A stretch of DNA of 64,000 nucleotides from an uncultured Rhodospirillaceae bacterium. GTDB taxonomy: Bacteria; Pseudomonadota; Alphaproteobacteria; Rhodospirillales; Casp-alpha2. Every line of letters begins with the position of its first letter. Within the stretch, counting starts at the first letter, position 1. The translations under genes were made by a program, and so were the position numbers. The stretch lies in the NCBI GenBank assembly GCA_963972065.1, contig CAXAVJ010000006.1, forward strand, positions 133-64,132. Direction: 5' to 3'. This document shows, piece by piece, positions 9,886-18,127 of this stretch. Below the pieces are notes generated by a model. It was not told the origin of the DNA and made no database searches. It saw only the letters and a program-made list of their open reading frames with translations.

Positions 9886-9944
9886 GGTTTGCCGCCGGCC
9901 CGGAATTCGGGAACAATGGCCTGAGACCGGTCCGGGAGGGACGG

Positions 9945-10451
9945 ATGACGCCACGCATGCCGGTAATTTTCGGGCTCTGGGCCGCCCTGATGACAGGCGC
10001 CGCATCCGTTCAGGCGGACGGCGCGCTGAAAACCACCGGCCTGATCGAAACCGTCCGCATTCAACCGGAAGCCATCGACATCCGCGCCAAGGTTGACACG
10101 GGGGCCGAGAATTCATCCCTCGACACCCGGGACTGGCAGACCTTCGAGCGCGAGGGGGTGGCCTGGATCCGTTTCACCCTGCGGCTCGACAACGGCGGCC
10201 GCCGAACCCTGGAACGGCCACTGCATCGCATGGCCGAGATACACCGCGCCGGCAGTACGCAGAACCGTCCGGTGGTCTTGATGACCCTTTGCGTCGGCGA
10301 CATCGCCCGCGCGGTCGAGGTCAACCTGGCTGAGCGGCCCAAGCTGACTTACCGCATGCTGCTGGGGGCGAGTTTCCTCACCGGTGCCTATGTGGTCGAC
10401 GTATCGCAATCGGGCCTGACCCACCCCACCTGCGACGAGGCCGCAAAATGA
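9945..10451 (+). CDS. Secreted retropepsin-like putative protease (RimB/'ATP-dependent Zn protease' family)
   Basis: Signal peptide; AKVDTGAENSSL aspartic-protease motif; RPVVLMTLCVG, EVNLAER...YRMLLG. Confidence 0.82.
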   Translation: MTPRMPVIFGLWAALMTGAASVQADGALKTTGLIETVRIQPEAIDIRAKVDTGAENSSLDTRDWQTFEREGVAWIRFTLRLDNGGRRTLERPLHRMAEIHRAGSTQNRPVVLMTLCVGDIARAVEVNLAERPKLTYRMLLGASFLTGAYVVDVSQSGLTHPTCDEAAK

Positions 10452-11977
10452 GGAACCGCACGGTCTATGTCCTGGCCGCCCTGTTCGCGGCGGCGGGGCT
10501 GGCGCTGTTTGCCTACAAGGTCCTGGCCCTCGAATTCCCCCTAAGTCCCGGCGACGCGCCGGACAATTGGGCCGTCGAAACCCGGGTCGCCTTTCAGGCC
10601 GCCGGCGGTCCGGCAACCGTGCGCCTGTTCATTCCGCGCAACACCCGGACCTATACGATTCTCGACCAAAGTTTCGTGTCGCGCGGCTATGCCCTGACCA
10701 CGGATCTCACGCCCGACGGCCGCATGGCCCGCCTGACCCGGCGTCAGGCCAAGGGACCGCAGACGGTCTATTTCCGATTTTTGATCCACCGGGCGGAACC
10801 GCCCGCCACGCCGCCCGTGGCCGAACCGGCACCGGTCCAGCCGCCGCCGTGGAAGGGTCTGCGCCTGGTCGCGGCGCGGGCTCTGCTCGACCAGATTCGC
10901 GGCGAGGGGAAAACCGCGGCCGACATGGCGGAGGCCCTGATCAGGCGACTGGCGGCGGCGGACCCGGACGACGCGGCGCGCAGTCTGCTGGGCAAAAGCG
11001 CCGGTACGGAGCGTATTGTCGATGTCGCGGCCGGCGTGCTGGCCTTGGGCGGGATTCAGGCGCGATCGGTCCACGGCATCGCCCTGGCCGAGGGGCAGAA
11101 GACCGTGCACACGGTCCATTGGCTGGAGGTCGCCGAAGCCGGCGCCTGGCGGCGCATGACCGCCGACCCGGCGGCCCCGCAGGTCCCGGCAAGCTGGTTC
11201 CCCTGGTGGCGGGGCGCGGCCAAGCTGGCCCAGGTCGACGGCGGCAGCCTTCCCAAGCTGCGCATCACGGTCGAGCGGGCGGCGGACCAGTCCATCGTCG
11301 ACAGCCTGTCGCAGGACCGCACCCAGGCAAAGAACCTTGTGACCTCGGCCCTGACGTCCCTGCCGCTGGAAGTGCAGCAAGTTTACCGCGTGTTGCTGGT
11401 GGTGCCGTTGGGGGTGTTGCTGCTGGTCGTCCTGCGCAACGTGATCGGGCTGAAAAGCTTCGGCACCTTCATGCCCGTGCTGATCGCCCTGGCGTTCCGT
11501 GAAACGCAGCTTCTGTGGGGCATCGTTCTATTCACCGTGATCGTCGCCATCGGCCTGGCGATCCGCCTGTGGATGGAGAACTTGCGCCTGCTCGTCGTGC
11601 CGCGCCTGGCGGCCGTGCTGATCGTGGTGGTCGGGGCCATGGCCGTGCTCAGCGTCGCCAGCGCCCAACTGGGTCTCGCCGGCGGCCTGTCGGTCGCCCT
11701 GTTCCCCATGGTCATCCTGACCATGACGGTGGAACGCATGTCCGTGATCTGGGACGAGCGCGGCCCCCGCGACGCCGTGCAACAGGGGGTCGGCAGTTTG
11801 GTCATGGCCACGGTCTGCTACCTGTTGATGAGCCATCCGCTGGTCGAACACCTGTTCTTCCAATTCCCGGAACTGCTGTTGGTGGTGTTGGCGGCGGTGC
11901 TGCTGCTGGGCCGCTATTCCGGCTACCGTCTGACGGAGCTTTACCGTTTCAGGCCGCTCGCGGGTAGGCAGCCTTAG
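10448..11977 (+). CDS. Inactive transglutaminase domain fused to 7 TM helices
   Basis: N-terminal TM, periplasmic domain, then LLVVPLG..RNVIGLKSFGTFMPVLIALAF, LFPMVILTMTVER, GRYSGYRLTEL.RF. Confidence 0.85.
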   Translation: MRNRTVYVLAALFAAAGLALFAYKVLALEFPLSPGDAPDNWAVETRVAFQAAGGPATVRLFIPRNTRTYTILDQSFVSRGYALTTDLTPDGRMARLTRRQAKGPQTVYFRFLIHRAEPPATPPVAEPAPVQPPPWKGLRLVAARALLDQIRGEGKTAADMAEALIRRLAAADPDDAARSLLGKSAGTERIVDVAAGVLALGGIQARSVHGIALAEGQKTVHTVHWLEVAEAGAWRRMTADPAAPQVPASWFPWWRGAAKLAQVDGGSLPKLRITVERAADQSIVDSLSQDRTQAKNLVTSALTSLPLEVQQVYRVLLVVPLGVLLLVVLRNVIGLKSFGTFMPVLIALAFRETQLLWGIVLFTVIVAIGLAIRLWMENLRLLVVPRLAAVLIVVVGAMAVLSVASAQLGLAGGLSVALFPMVILTMTVERMSVIWDERGPRDAVQQGVGSLVMATVCYLLMSHPLVEHLFFQFPELLLVVLAAVLLLGRYSGYRLTELYRFRPLAGRQP

Positions 11978-11978
11978 G

Positions 11979-12956
11979 ATGGAGATTGTCGATCTTTACC
12001 GGCGCCTTCGCGCCAACGGGGTTCTCGGCCTCAACTGGCGCAATGCGGAGTACCAATTGGTCCACAATCAGCGCAGGTATTTCCCCCTGGTCGACGATAA
12101 GCTGAAATCCAAGCGCCTGGCCGAGGCCGCCGGCATCGCCGTGCCGCCCCTGTTCGGTGTCATCGAATATCCGCACGAAGTCCGCACCTTCGACGCCATC
12201 GTCCGGGATCATGAGGATTTCGTGGTCAAACCGGCCGAAGGCAGCGGCGGCGACGGGATTCTTGTGGTCGTGGGCCGCGACGGCGGCGGGTTCCGCCTGG
12301 CGAACGGCACCGTCATGTCGGCGGACGAAATGCGCTTTCACATCAACAATATCCTGGCCGGAACCTTTTCCCTGGGCGGCCAACCGGACAAGGCGCTGAT
12401 CGAATACCGCATCCGTTTCGATCCATTGTTCAAGCACATCGCCTTTCAGGGCGTGCCGGACATCCGCATCATCGTGTTCCAAGGCGTGCCGGTGATGGCC
12501 ATGACCCGCCTGCCGACCGAACAATCGTCGGGCAAGGCCAATTTGCACCAGGGCGCCATCGGCGCCGGCATCGACATGACATCGGGCCGGACCCTGAATG
12601 CCGTGTGGCACGACCGCATCATCACCACCCATCCCGATACGGGCGCCCCCGTGTCGGATGTGCAGATCCCCCATTGGGATATCCTATTGCACCATGCGGC
12701 ACGGTCGTTCGACCTGACCCATCTGGGCTATCAGGGCATCGACATGGTGTTGGATTCCGAACGCGGGCCGGTGATGCTGGAATTGAACGCCCGCCCGGGC
12801 CTAAGCATTCAGATCGCCAACGGCGAGGGCCTGGGCCTGCGGCTTGCCAAGGTGGAGGCCCGATTACAATCGGCGCCGGATACCCTGGCCGAGGTTACAA
12901 GTCGTGTCGCCTTCGCCAGGGAAAATTTCACCCCCCGTCCGGCGGCCCTGACCTAA
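11979..12956 (+). CDS. Alpha-L-glutamate ligase-like ATP-grasp protein
   Basis: GLNWRN..Y, PLVDDKLKSK, VVKPAEGSGGDGI, DIRIIVF, KANLHQG, ELNARPGL.IQ.ANG. Confidence 0.9.
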   Translation: MEIVDLYRRLRANGVLGLNWRNAEYQLVHNQRRYFPLVDDKLKSKRLAEAAGIAVPPLFGVIEYPHEVRTFDAIVRDHEDFVVKPAEGSGGDGILVVVGRDGGGFRLANGTVMSADEMRFHINNILAGTFSLGGQPDKALIEYRIRFDPLFKHIAFQGVPDIRIIVFQGVPVMAMTRLPTEQSSGKANLHQGAIGAGIDMTSGRTLNAVWHDRIITTHPDTGAPVSDVQIPHWDILLHHAARSFDLTHLGYQGIDMVLDSERGPVMLELNARPGLSIQIANGEGLGLRLAKVEARLQSAPDTLAEVTSRVAFARENFTPRPAALT

Positions 12957-12977
12957 CCCTGAACCAACCTCGACAGC

Positions 12978-13748
12978 CTATTTGGTGTTGATGCCCGGGA
13001 ACTGGAAATTCGGCGGGGCCGCTTCGGCGGGCCGTTCGCTTTCCATTTTCTTGACGCTGACGGGGCTGGGCGTCTCGACCGCCTCGCGCCGTTGCGTCAG
13101 CACCGTCTTGTTCTTTTTGTAGAAATGATCGTCCATCAACAGCGCCGTACCGAACTTGGGCACGTACCATGCACTGGTCTCAAGCCGGTCCCACGGCTGT
13201 TCCTTAACCGCGTCAAAAAGGCTGATGGTGATATCGACCAAATGCGCCTGGAAATCGCCCGCCGACAGTTTCAGGGTCTTCGACCCGCGGACACAGATTT
13301 GAATGCGCTGCTTGAACTTCAACTCGCCGTTCTGGATGGCGTCGGCCACGTAGTCGACACTGTTTCCCTGTTTCAGCGGCCACAGCGTGTCGTAGATGGC
13401 CGCATCGAACTTGAACTCCCACCCGCCGCCAGCGGCAACCCCGGCAAAGGCGCGGTACAAGGTGACATCCTGAATGGGGCCTTTGCCATGCATGGGCTCC
13501 CGATACCAGCGGACCTTATCACCGGTGATGGATTTGACACGGAACCGCCGATGAGAGACGTCCGGAGTCCTGGAATGGGGATTATAGGTGATCTTGTAGA
13601 CAAAATTGGCGCTCTCGGCCGGCGACGTGTAGGGGACCGGCGCTTCCCCGCCCTTCGAGGCGATGCAGGCCGAAGCCCATGCGGAAGACGACGAGGCCAT
13701 GGCCCCGATCAGGGCTGCCACAAATGCAGTAGTACGGGACAGGCCCAT
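12978..13748 (-). CDS. Hypothetical secreted beta-rich protein
   Basis: RBS GGGGAG, signal peptide ending AWA; KLSAGDFQAH...WYVPKFG segment. Confidence 0.7.
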   Translation of the reverse strand: MGLSRTTAFVAALIGAMASSSSAWASACIASKGGEAPVPYTSPAESANFVYKITYNPHSRTPDVSHRRFRVKSITGDKVRWYREPMHGKGPIQDVTLYRAFAGVAAGGGWEFKFDAAIYDTLWPLKQGNSVDYVADAIQNGELKFKQRIQICVRGSKTLKLSAGDFQAHLVDITISLFDAVKEQPWDRLETSAWYVPKFGTALLMDDHFYKKNKTVLTQRREAVETPSPVSVKKMESERPAEAAPPNFQFPGINTK

Positions 13749-13861
13749 TCGGCTCCCCTTGGTTGTCACAGTGCGGGACGACCCCGCCCTCGCCCCCAAG
13801 AAGCAGTTTTATCCGGGCAACAGTCTAGTCAAGCAGCCCCAACATACAATAAACAACTGTT

Positions 13862-15007
13862 ATGAAAGACATGACCGAGTTCTGGAATCTGGTTGTCGAC
13901 GTGTGGCAGCACGGCGTGATCGGCATCGACGTCGGCCGCATGGCCGCCGCCCTGGGGATTTTCCTCGTCTTCCTGATGTTGCGCGGTCTGTTGACCCGCT
14001 TCCTCATGGGTTGGCTGCGCATGATGACCAAGCGCACGCCCTGGACCCTGGACGACCAGATTCTGGCCGCTATCGAACCGCCGGTCCGCTTCGTGCCCGT
14101 GGTCATGGGCCTGTTCTTCGCCTTCCAGGTCCTCAAACTCGCGGGCACGCCCGACCAGATGGCGTCGAACCTGGTGCGCTCGCTGATTGCCTTCACCATT
14201 TTCTGGGCGCTTTACCGGGCCGTCGATCCCTTGAGCGTGCTTCTCCATCGCCTCGACCGGATCTTTTCCACGGAACTGGTGGAATGGATGGCGCGTGCGA
14301 TCCGCGTGTTGGTGTTCATCATCGGCGCGGCGGCGGTGTTGGAAATCTGGGGCATCAAGGTCGGCCCGATCATTGCCGGGTTCGGCCTGATCGGGGTCGC
14401 CGTGGCGCTGGGCGCGCAGGACCTGTTCAAGAACCTGATCGCGGGCCTGTTGATCCTGGCCGAAAAACGCTTCCACAAGGGCGATTGGATCCATGTCGAA
14501 GGCGTGGTCGAAGGCCATGTCGAAACCATCGGATTCCGCTCCACCATGGTTCGCCGGTTCGACAAGGCGCCGGTCATGGTGCCCAATTCCCAGTTGTCGG
14601 ACACGGCAGTCATCAACTTCACCGCCATGACCCATCGCCGCATCAAATGGCTGATCGGGGTCGAATACCGCACCTCGGTCGACCAGTTGCGCGTGATCCG
14701 CGACCAGATCGCGGCCTATCTCGAGGAAACGCCAGAGTTCGCACCAGCCACGGATGTCTCGACCTTTGTGCGAATCGACAGTTTCGGCGATTCCTCCATC
14801 AACATCATGGTCTATTGCTTCACCATCACGACGAAGTGGGGCGAGTATCTGGAGATCAAGGAACACCTGGCCTACAAGGTCATGGATATTGTCCACGGTG
14901 CCGGGGCGGCCTTTGCCTTCCCGAGCCAATCGATTTATGTGGAAAGCCTGCCGGGCGACGACGCGCCGGAAATCTTCCAGCCACCCCCGGCCCCGCCGGT
15001 CGAGTAA
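13862..15007 (+). CDS. MscS family mechanosensitive channel
   Basis: GVAVALGAQDLFKNLIAG, FHKGDWI, GFRST, VPNSQL, DSSINIMV. Confidence 0.9.
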   Translation: MKDMTEFWNLVVDVWQHGVIGIDVGRMAAALGIFLVFLMLRGLLTRFLMGWLRMMTKRTPWTLDDQILAAIEPPVRFVPVVMGLFFAFQVLKLAGTPDQMASNLVRSLIAFTIFWALYRAVDPLSVLLHRLDRIFSTELVEWMARAIRVLVFIIGAAAVLEIWGIKVGPIIAGFGLIGVAVALGAQDLFKNLIAGLLILAEKRFHKGDWIHVEGVVEGHVETIGFRSTMVRRFDKAPVMVPNSQLSDTAVINFTAMTHRRIKWLIGVEYRTSVDQLRVIRDQIAAYLEETPEFAPATDVSTFVRIDSFGDSSINIMVYCFTITTKWGEYLEIKEHLAYKVMDIVHGAGAAFAFPSQSIYVESLPGDDAPEIFQPPPAPPVE

Positions 15008-15032
15008 GCGAGAAAGGTAAGGACCCCAAGCC

Positions 15033-15371
15033 ATGGGCATCACCATCTATCACAACCCGAAGTGCAGCAAATCGCGCCAGACTCTGCAATTGCTGGAAGA
15101 CAACGGCGTCGCACCGGACATCGTGCTGTACCTGGACACCCCGCCCACGGTGGACGAGATGAAGGACCTGCTGCGCAAACTCGGCCTGAAAGCCGCCGAC
15201 ATCCTGCGCCAGGCCGAGGCCAAGGAGGCCGGCCTCGCCAAGGACATGGACGAAGACACGCTGATCAAGGGCATGATCGCCAATCCCCGGTGCATTGAAC
15301 GGCCGATCGTTGTGAAGGGGGCCAAGGCGGTTCTCGGGCGGCCACCGGAAAACGTTCTGGCACTTATCTGA
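15033..15371 (+). CDS. arsC: Arsenate reductase (glutaredoxin type)/ArsC family
   Basis: YHNPKCSKSR, IERPIVV, GRPPENV. Confidence 0.85.
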   Translation: MGITIYHNPKCSKSRQTLQLLEDNGVAPDIVLYLDTPPTVDEMKDLLRKLGLKAADILRQAEAKEAGLAKDMDEDTLIKGMIANPRCIERPIVVKGAKAVLGRPPENVLALI

Positions 15372-15592
15372 CACGGACCTGACAGGCCACCCGAACCGCC
15401 GAGTTTTATTGTAATCCTCGTAGGTTACGAGGCTTGCGGTTCCGTTGTGGACACTTCAATATGTGCGCGCGAGGGGAGCGTGGTTACAGATCACTTCTCC
15501 GACCTGCCTGAAGATCACCGAAACGGGGCTATGGCGGATCGGATGAACACTAGCGACAGCGGACAAGGGGCCGCTGATATCGTGGAGGACTG

Positions 15593-17047
15593 ATGGCCGC
15601 CGACGACCGCGCCAGCCCGGATCAATCCCCGGTGGACGTCAATGACGCCCGCGCCGCATGGGAGTCTCTTCCGGAAGAAGAACGCACGGCCCTGCGCGAC
15701 CGCGAAGCCGCGCGCCTGTTCGCCATCGGCTCCGACCATCAACGGAACGGCCGCCTGGAAGAGGCGATCCCCGATTACACCCGGGCCCTCGCCCTCAACC
15801 CCAATCTGGCCGAGGCCTACAACAACCTGGGTGTGGTGCTGCGCGCCACCGGCCGGCCGGAAGCGGCCGTCGCCTGCTATCGGCGGGCCATCGCGCTGAA
15901 GCCGCGCAACGCGACATCCCATTCCAACCTGGGCAACGTGCTGCGTGACCTGGGCCGGTTCGAGGCCGCGGTGGCCAGCCACCAACAGGCCGTGCATCTG
16001 GACCCGAAAAATTCCGACACCCTGCACAACCTGGGCGTGGCGCTGCGCGACCTTGGCCGCCGCGATCAGTCTCTCGACTGTTTCGAACGCGCCCTCGACC
16101 ACAACCCGGACCATATCCCAAGCCTGCTCGACCGCGGACGGTCACTGTTGCTGGCAGGCGAATATGCCGCAGGCTTCAAGGACCTGGAAGCCCGTTTCCG
16201 GATGCGTCGCTTCCAATTGCGCGGCATGGACACGCCGCGCTGGACCGGCGCCAAGGTCAAGGGCAAGATCGTGCTGGTGCCCTGCGAAGGCACACCGGGC
16301 GACATCATCCAGTTCGCCCGCTACATTCCCATGATCAAGGCCCAGGGCGCCAATGTCGTTCTCGAAGCGCCCGCCGCGCTGGCTGATCTGCTGGCCACCG
16401 TGCCCGGCGTCGACAAGTTGGTGATCCAGGGCGCCGCCCTGCCGAAATTCGATCTGCATGCGCCGCTGCTGTCGCTTGCCGCCATCTTCAAGACGACCGC
16501 CGCCAAGGTGCCGGCCGCGACCCCCTACATCACCCCGCCCGATCCCGGGGCCTTTCGCCTGCCCCCGGGCGGCGACTTCCTGAAGATCGGGATCGCCTGG
16601 GAGGACGAGCGGACGCCGGCCCATGTCACGCCGACACCGGGTCTGCGCCCGTTCCTCGACCTGGCCGGCCTGGCCGGAGTCACGTTGTTCGGCCTGCAGA
16701 CGGGACCGGCGGCGGGGGATTTGAAGGCACAGGGATCGGACGCCCTGATCATTGACGTGGCGCGGCGGGCCGGCGGGCTGGCTGGCCTAGCGGCCTATAT
16801 CGATCAGATGGATGTGGTGATCGCCGTCGATGGCGCCGTCGCCCATCTGGCCGGTGCGCTGGGCAAGGAAACCTGGCTGATCGCTCCGGCCTCGCCCGAT
16901 TGGCGTTGGGGCACCTCGGGCGATACCACGCCCTGGTATCCGACCATGCGCATCCTGCGCACGGAACGGCGGGGCGACTGGTCGGCATTGCTGGACCAGA
17001 CCCGGCGCGACCTGCGGGCCCGGGTGCGGCGCGGCAACGGGGCCTGA
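15593..17047 (+). CDS. TPR-repeat protein with C-terminal GT9-like glycosyltransferase domain
   Basis: 4-5 TPRs (AEAYNNLGVVL, SHSNLGNVL, TLHNLGVAL), then GDIIQFARY and DVVIAVDGAVAHLAGALG, WRWG, PWYPTMR. Confidence 0.85.
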   Translation: MAADDRASPDQSPVDVNDARAAWESLPEEERTALRDREAARLFAIGSDHQRNGRLEEAIPDYTRALALNPNLAEAYNNLGVVLRATGRPEAAVACYRRAIALKPRNATSHSNLGNVLRDLGRFEAAVASHQQAVHLDPKNSDTLHNLGVALRDLGRRDQSLDCFERALDHNPDHIPSLLDRGRSLLLAGEYAAGFKDLEARFRMRRFQLRGMDTPRWTGAKVKGKIVLVPCEGTPGDIIQFARYIPMIKAQGANVVLEAPAALADLLATVPGVDKLVIQGAALPKFDLHAPLLSLAAIFKTTAAKVPAATPYITPPDPGAFRLPPGGDFLKIGIAWEDERTPAHVTPTPGLRPFLDLAGLAGVTLFGLQTGPAAGDLKAQGSDALIIDVARRAGGLAGLAAYIDQMDVVIAVDGAVAHLAGALGKETWLIAPASPDWRWGTSGDTTPWYPTMRILRTERRGDWSALLDQTRRDLRARVRRGNGA

Positions 17048-17055
17048 ATTCGGTT

Positions 17056-17904
17056 CTAGAAGCGGTAGCTGTAACGCAGGCCGATGTTTTCCAGGCCTTC
17101 GTTGTAATCACAGATCTTGGCGTTCGAGATATGGTCGAAGATGGCCGCGATCTTGTGATGCTCGGTCAGCTGCCAGCCGAGGGTGAACGATTCCCGAAAC
17201 AACAGATGACAGCCCAGGTCCTTCTTGTCGGCCGCCCCTGAATCCGTTTCGCCGTCGTGATAGGCGCCGCCGACGCTGAGCCCGGCGAACAGCCCCTTCC
17301 ACAGGTTCCATTCATAGCTGAGCCCCACGAACACCTGGCTGGTGTCGCCTTCGGAATTGATGTTGGCGCCGATGTGGGGCTCCGGGCTCCAGATCAGGTC
17401 GAGGAATTTCGGCGAAGCGAAGCGGATTTCAATATGCCCGTCGTAGCCGTCTTCCTTGGAGTTGGAAAACGGCCCATCGTCGTGAATCAGGGCGCCGATG
17501 GAAATTTCGGAAATAATGCCGCCGAGCGGTTTGCCGCGCGAACTGGCGCGGGCTCCCCGTTCCGTACCGCCGGGCCACAGCGGCCCCGTTTTCGACGACA
17601 CCCGCGTCATCGGTTCGGCCTGCGGCTGAGGCGCCGGCGCGGAGGCCGGAACCGGGCGGACCTGGGGCCGAGGGGCGGGGCGCGCCGGCATGGGGGCATA
17701 AACCGGCTGGGCCACGCGCCCTGCGGCAGGCTGTCCCGGCCGAGCTTGGTCCCACTCTTTGGCCGGACGAGCGGCGAAGGGATGGGCCTTGCCCATCAGA
17801 ATTCGGATGTCGTATCCGGTCGACGCACTATCCGCCTGGGCACCGGACACAGCCACCATGCAGAGCCCCAGGCCCCAGCACAATCCCTTGAACTTATTAT
17901 ACAA
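17056..17904 (-). CDS. PagL/acyloxyacyl hydrolase family outer-membrane beta-barrel with Pro-rich N-terminal extension
   Basis: TTG start with GAGGGG RBS; LGCHLLFRES, DHISNA..C..NEGLEN catalytic His-Ser pattern; terminal YSYRF. Confidence 0.78.
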   Translation of the reverse strand: MYNKFKGLCWGLGLCMVAVSGAQADSASTGYDIRILMGKAHPFAARPAKEWDQARPGQPAAGRVAQPVYAPMPARPAPRPQVRPVPASAPAPQPQAEPMTRVSSKTGPLWPGGTERGARASSRGKPLGGIISEISIGALIHDDGPFSNSKEDGYDGHIEIRFASPKFLDLIWSPEPHIGANINSEGDTSQVFVGLSYEWNLWKGLFAGLSVGGAYHDGETDSGAADKKDLGCHLLFRESFTLGWQLTEHHKIAAIFDHISNAKICDYNEGLENIGLRYSYRF

Positions 17905-18127
17905 AACAGCCCCTCACTCGCTCACAGGACGCCGATTTCGACATTTCCCTGTCCCCGGCCATATCCCTGAATTCGACCGCGATAATGAAGCAGATCGGCC
18001 TTAAACAAGGGTAAACCTTCTTTCTGTTTAATGGACGGGGCGGCAATCGTCCAGCGCCGCGGCAGGCACCGATTGGATCGAACAACCGGCGCATTGACGG
18101 ATAGCGTTCAACAAGCAGGCAAGGTCC

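Noticed and set aside
18001-18016. CtrA-like TTAA-N7-TAAAC upstream of the cNMP-TPR gene
   Set aside because: One mismatch in an AT-rich intergenic region; too weak without conservation data.
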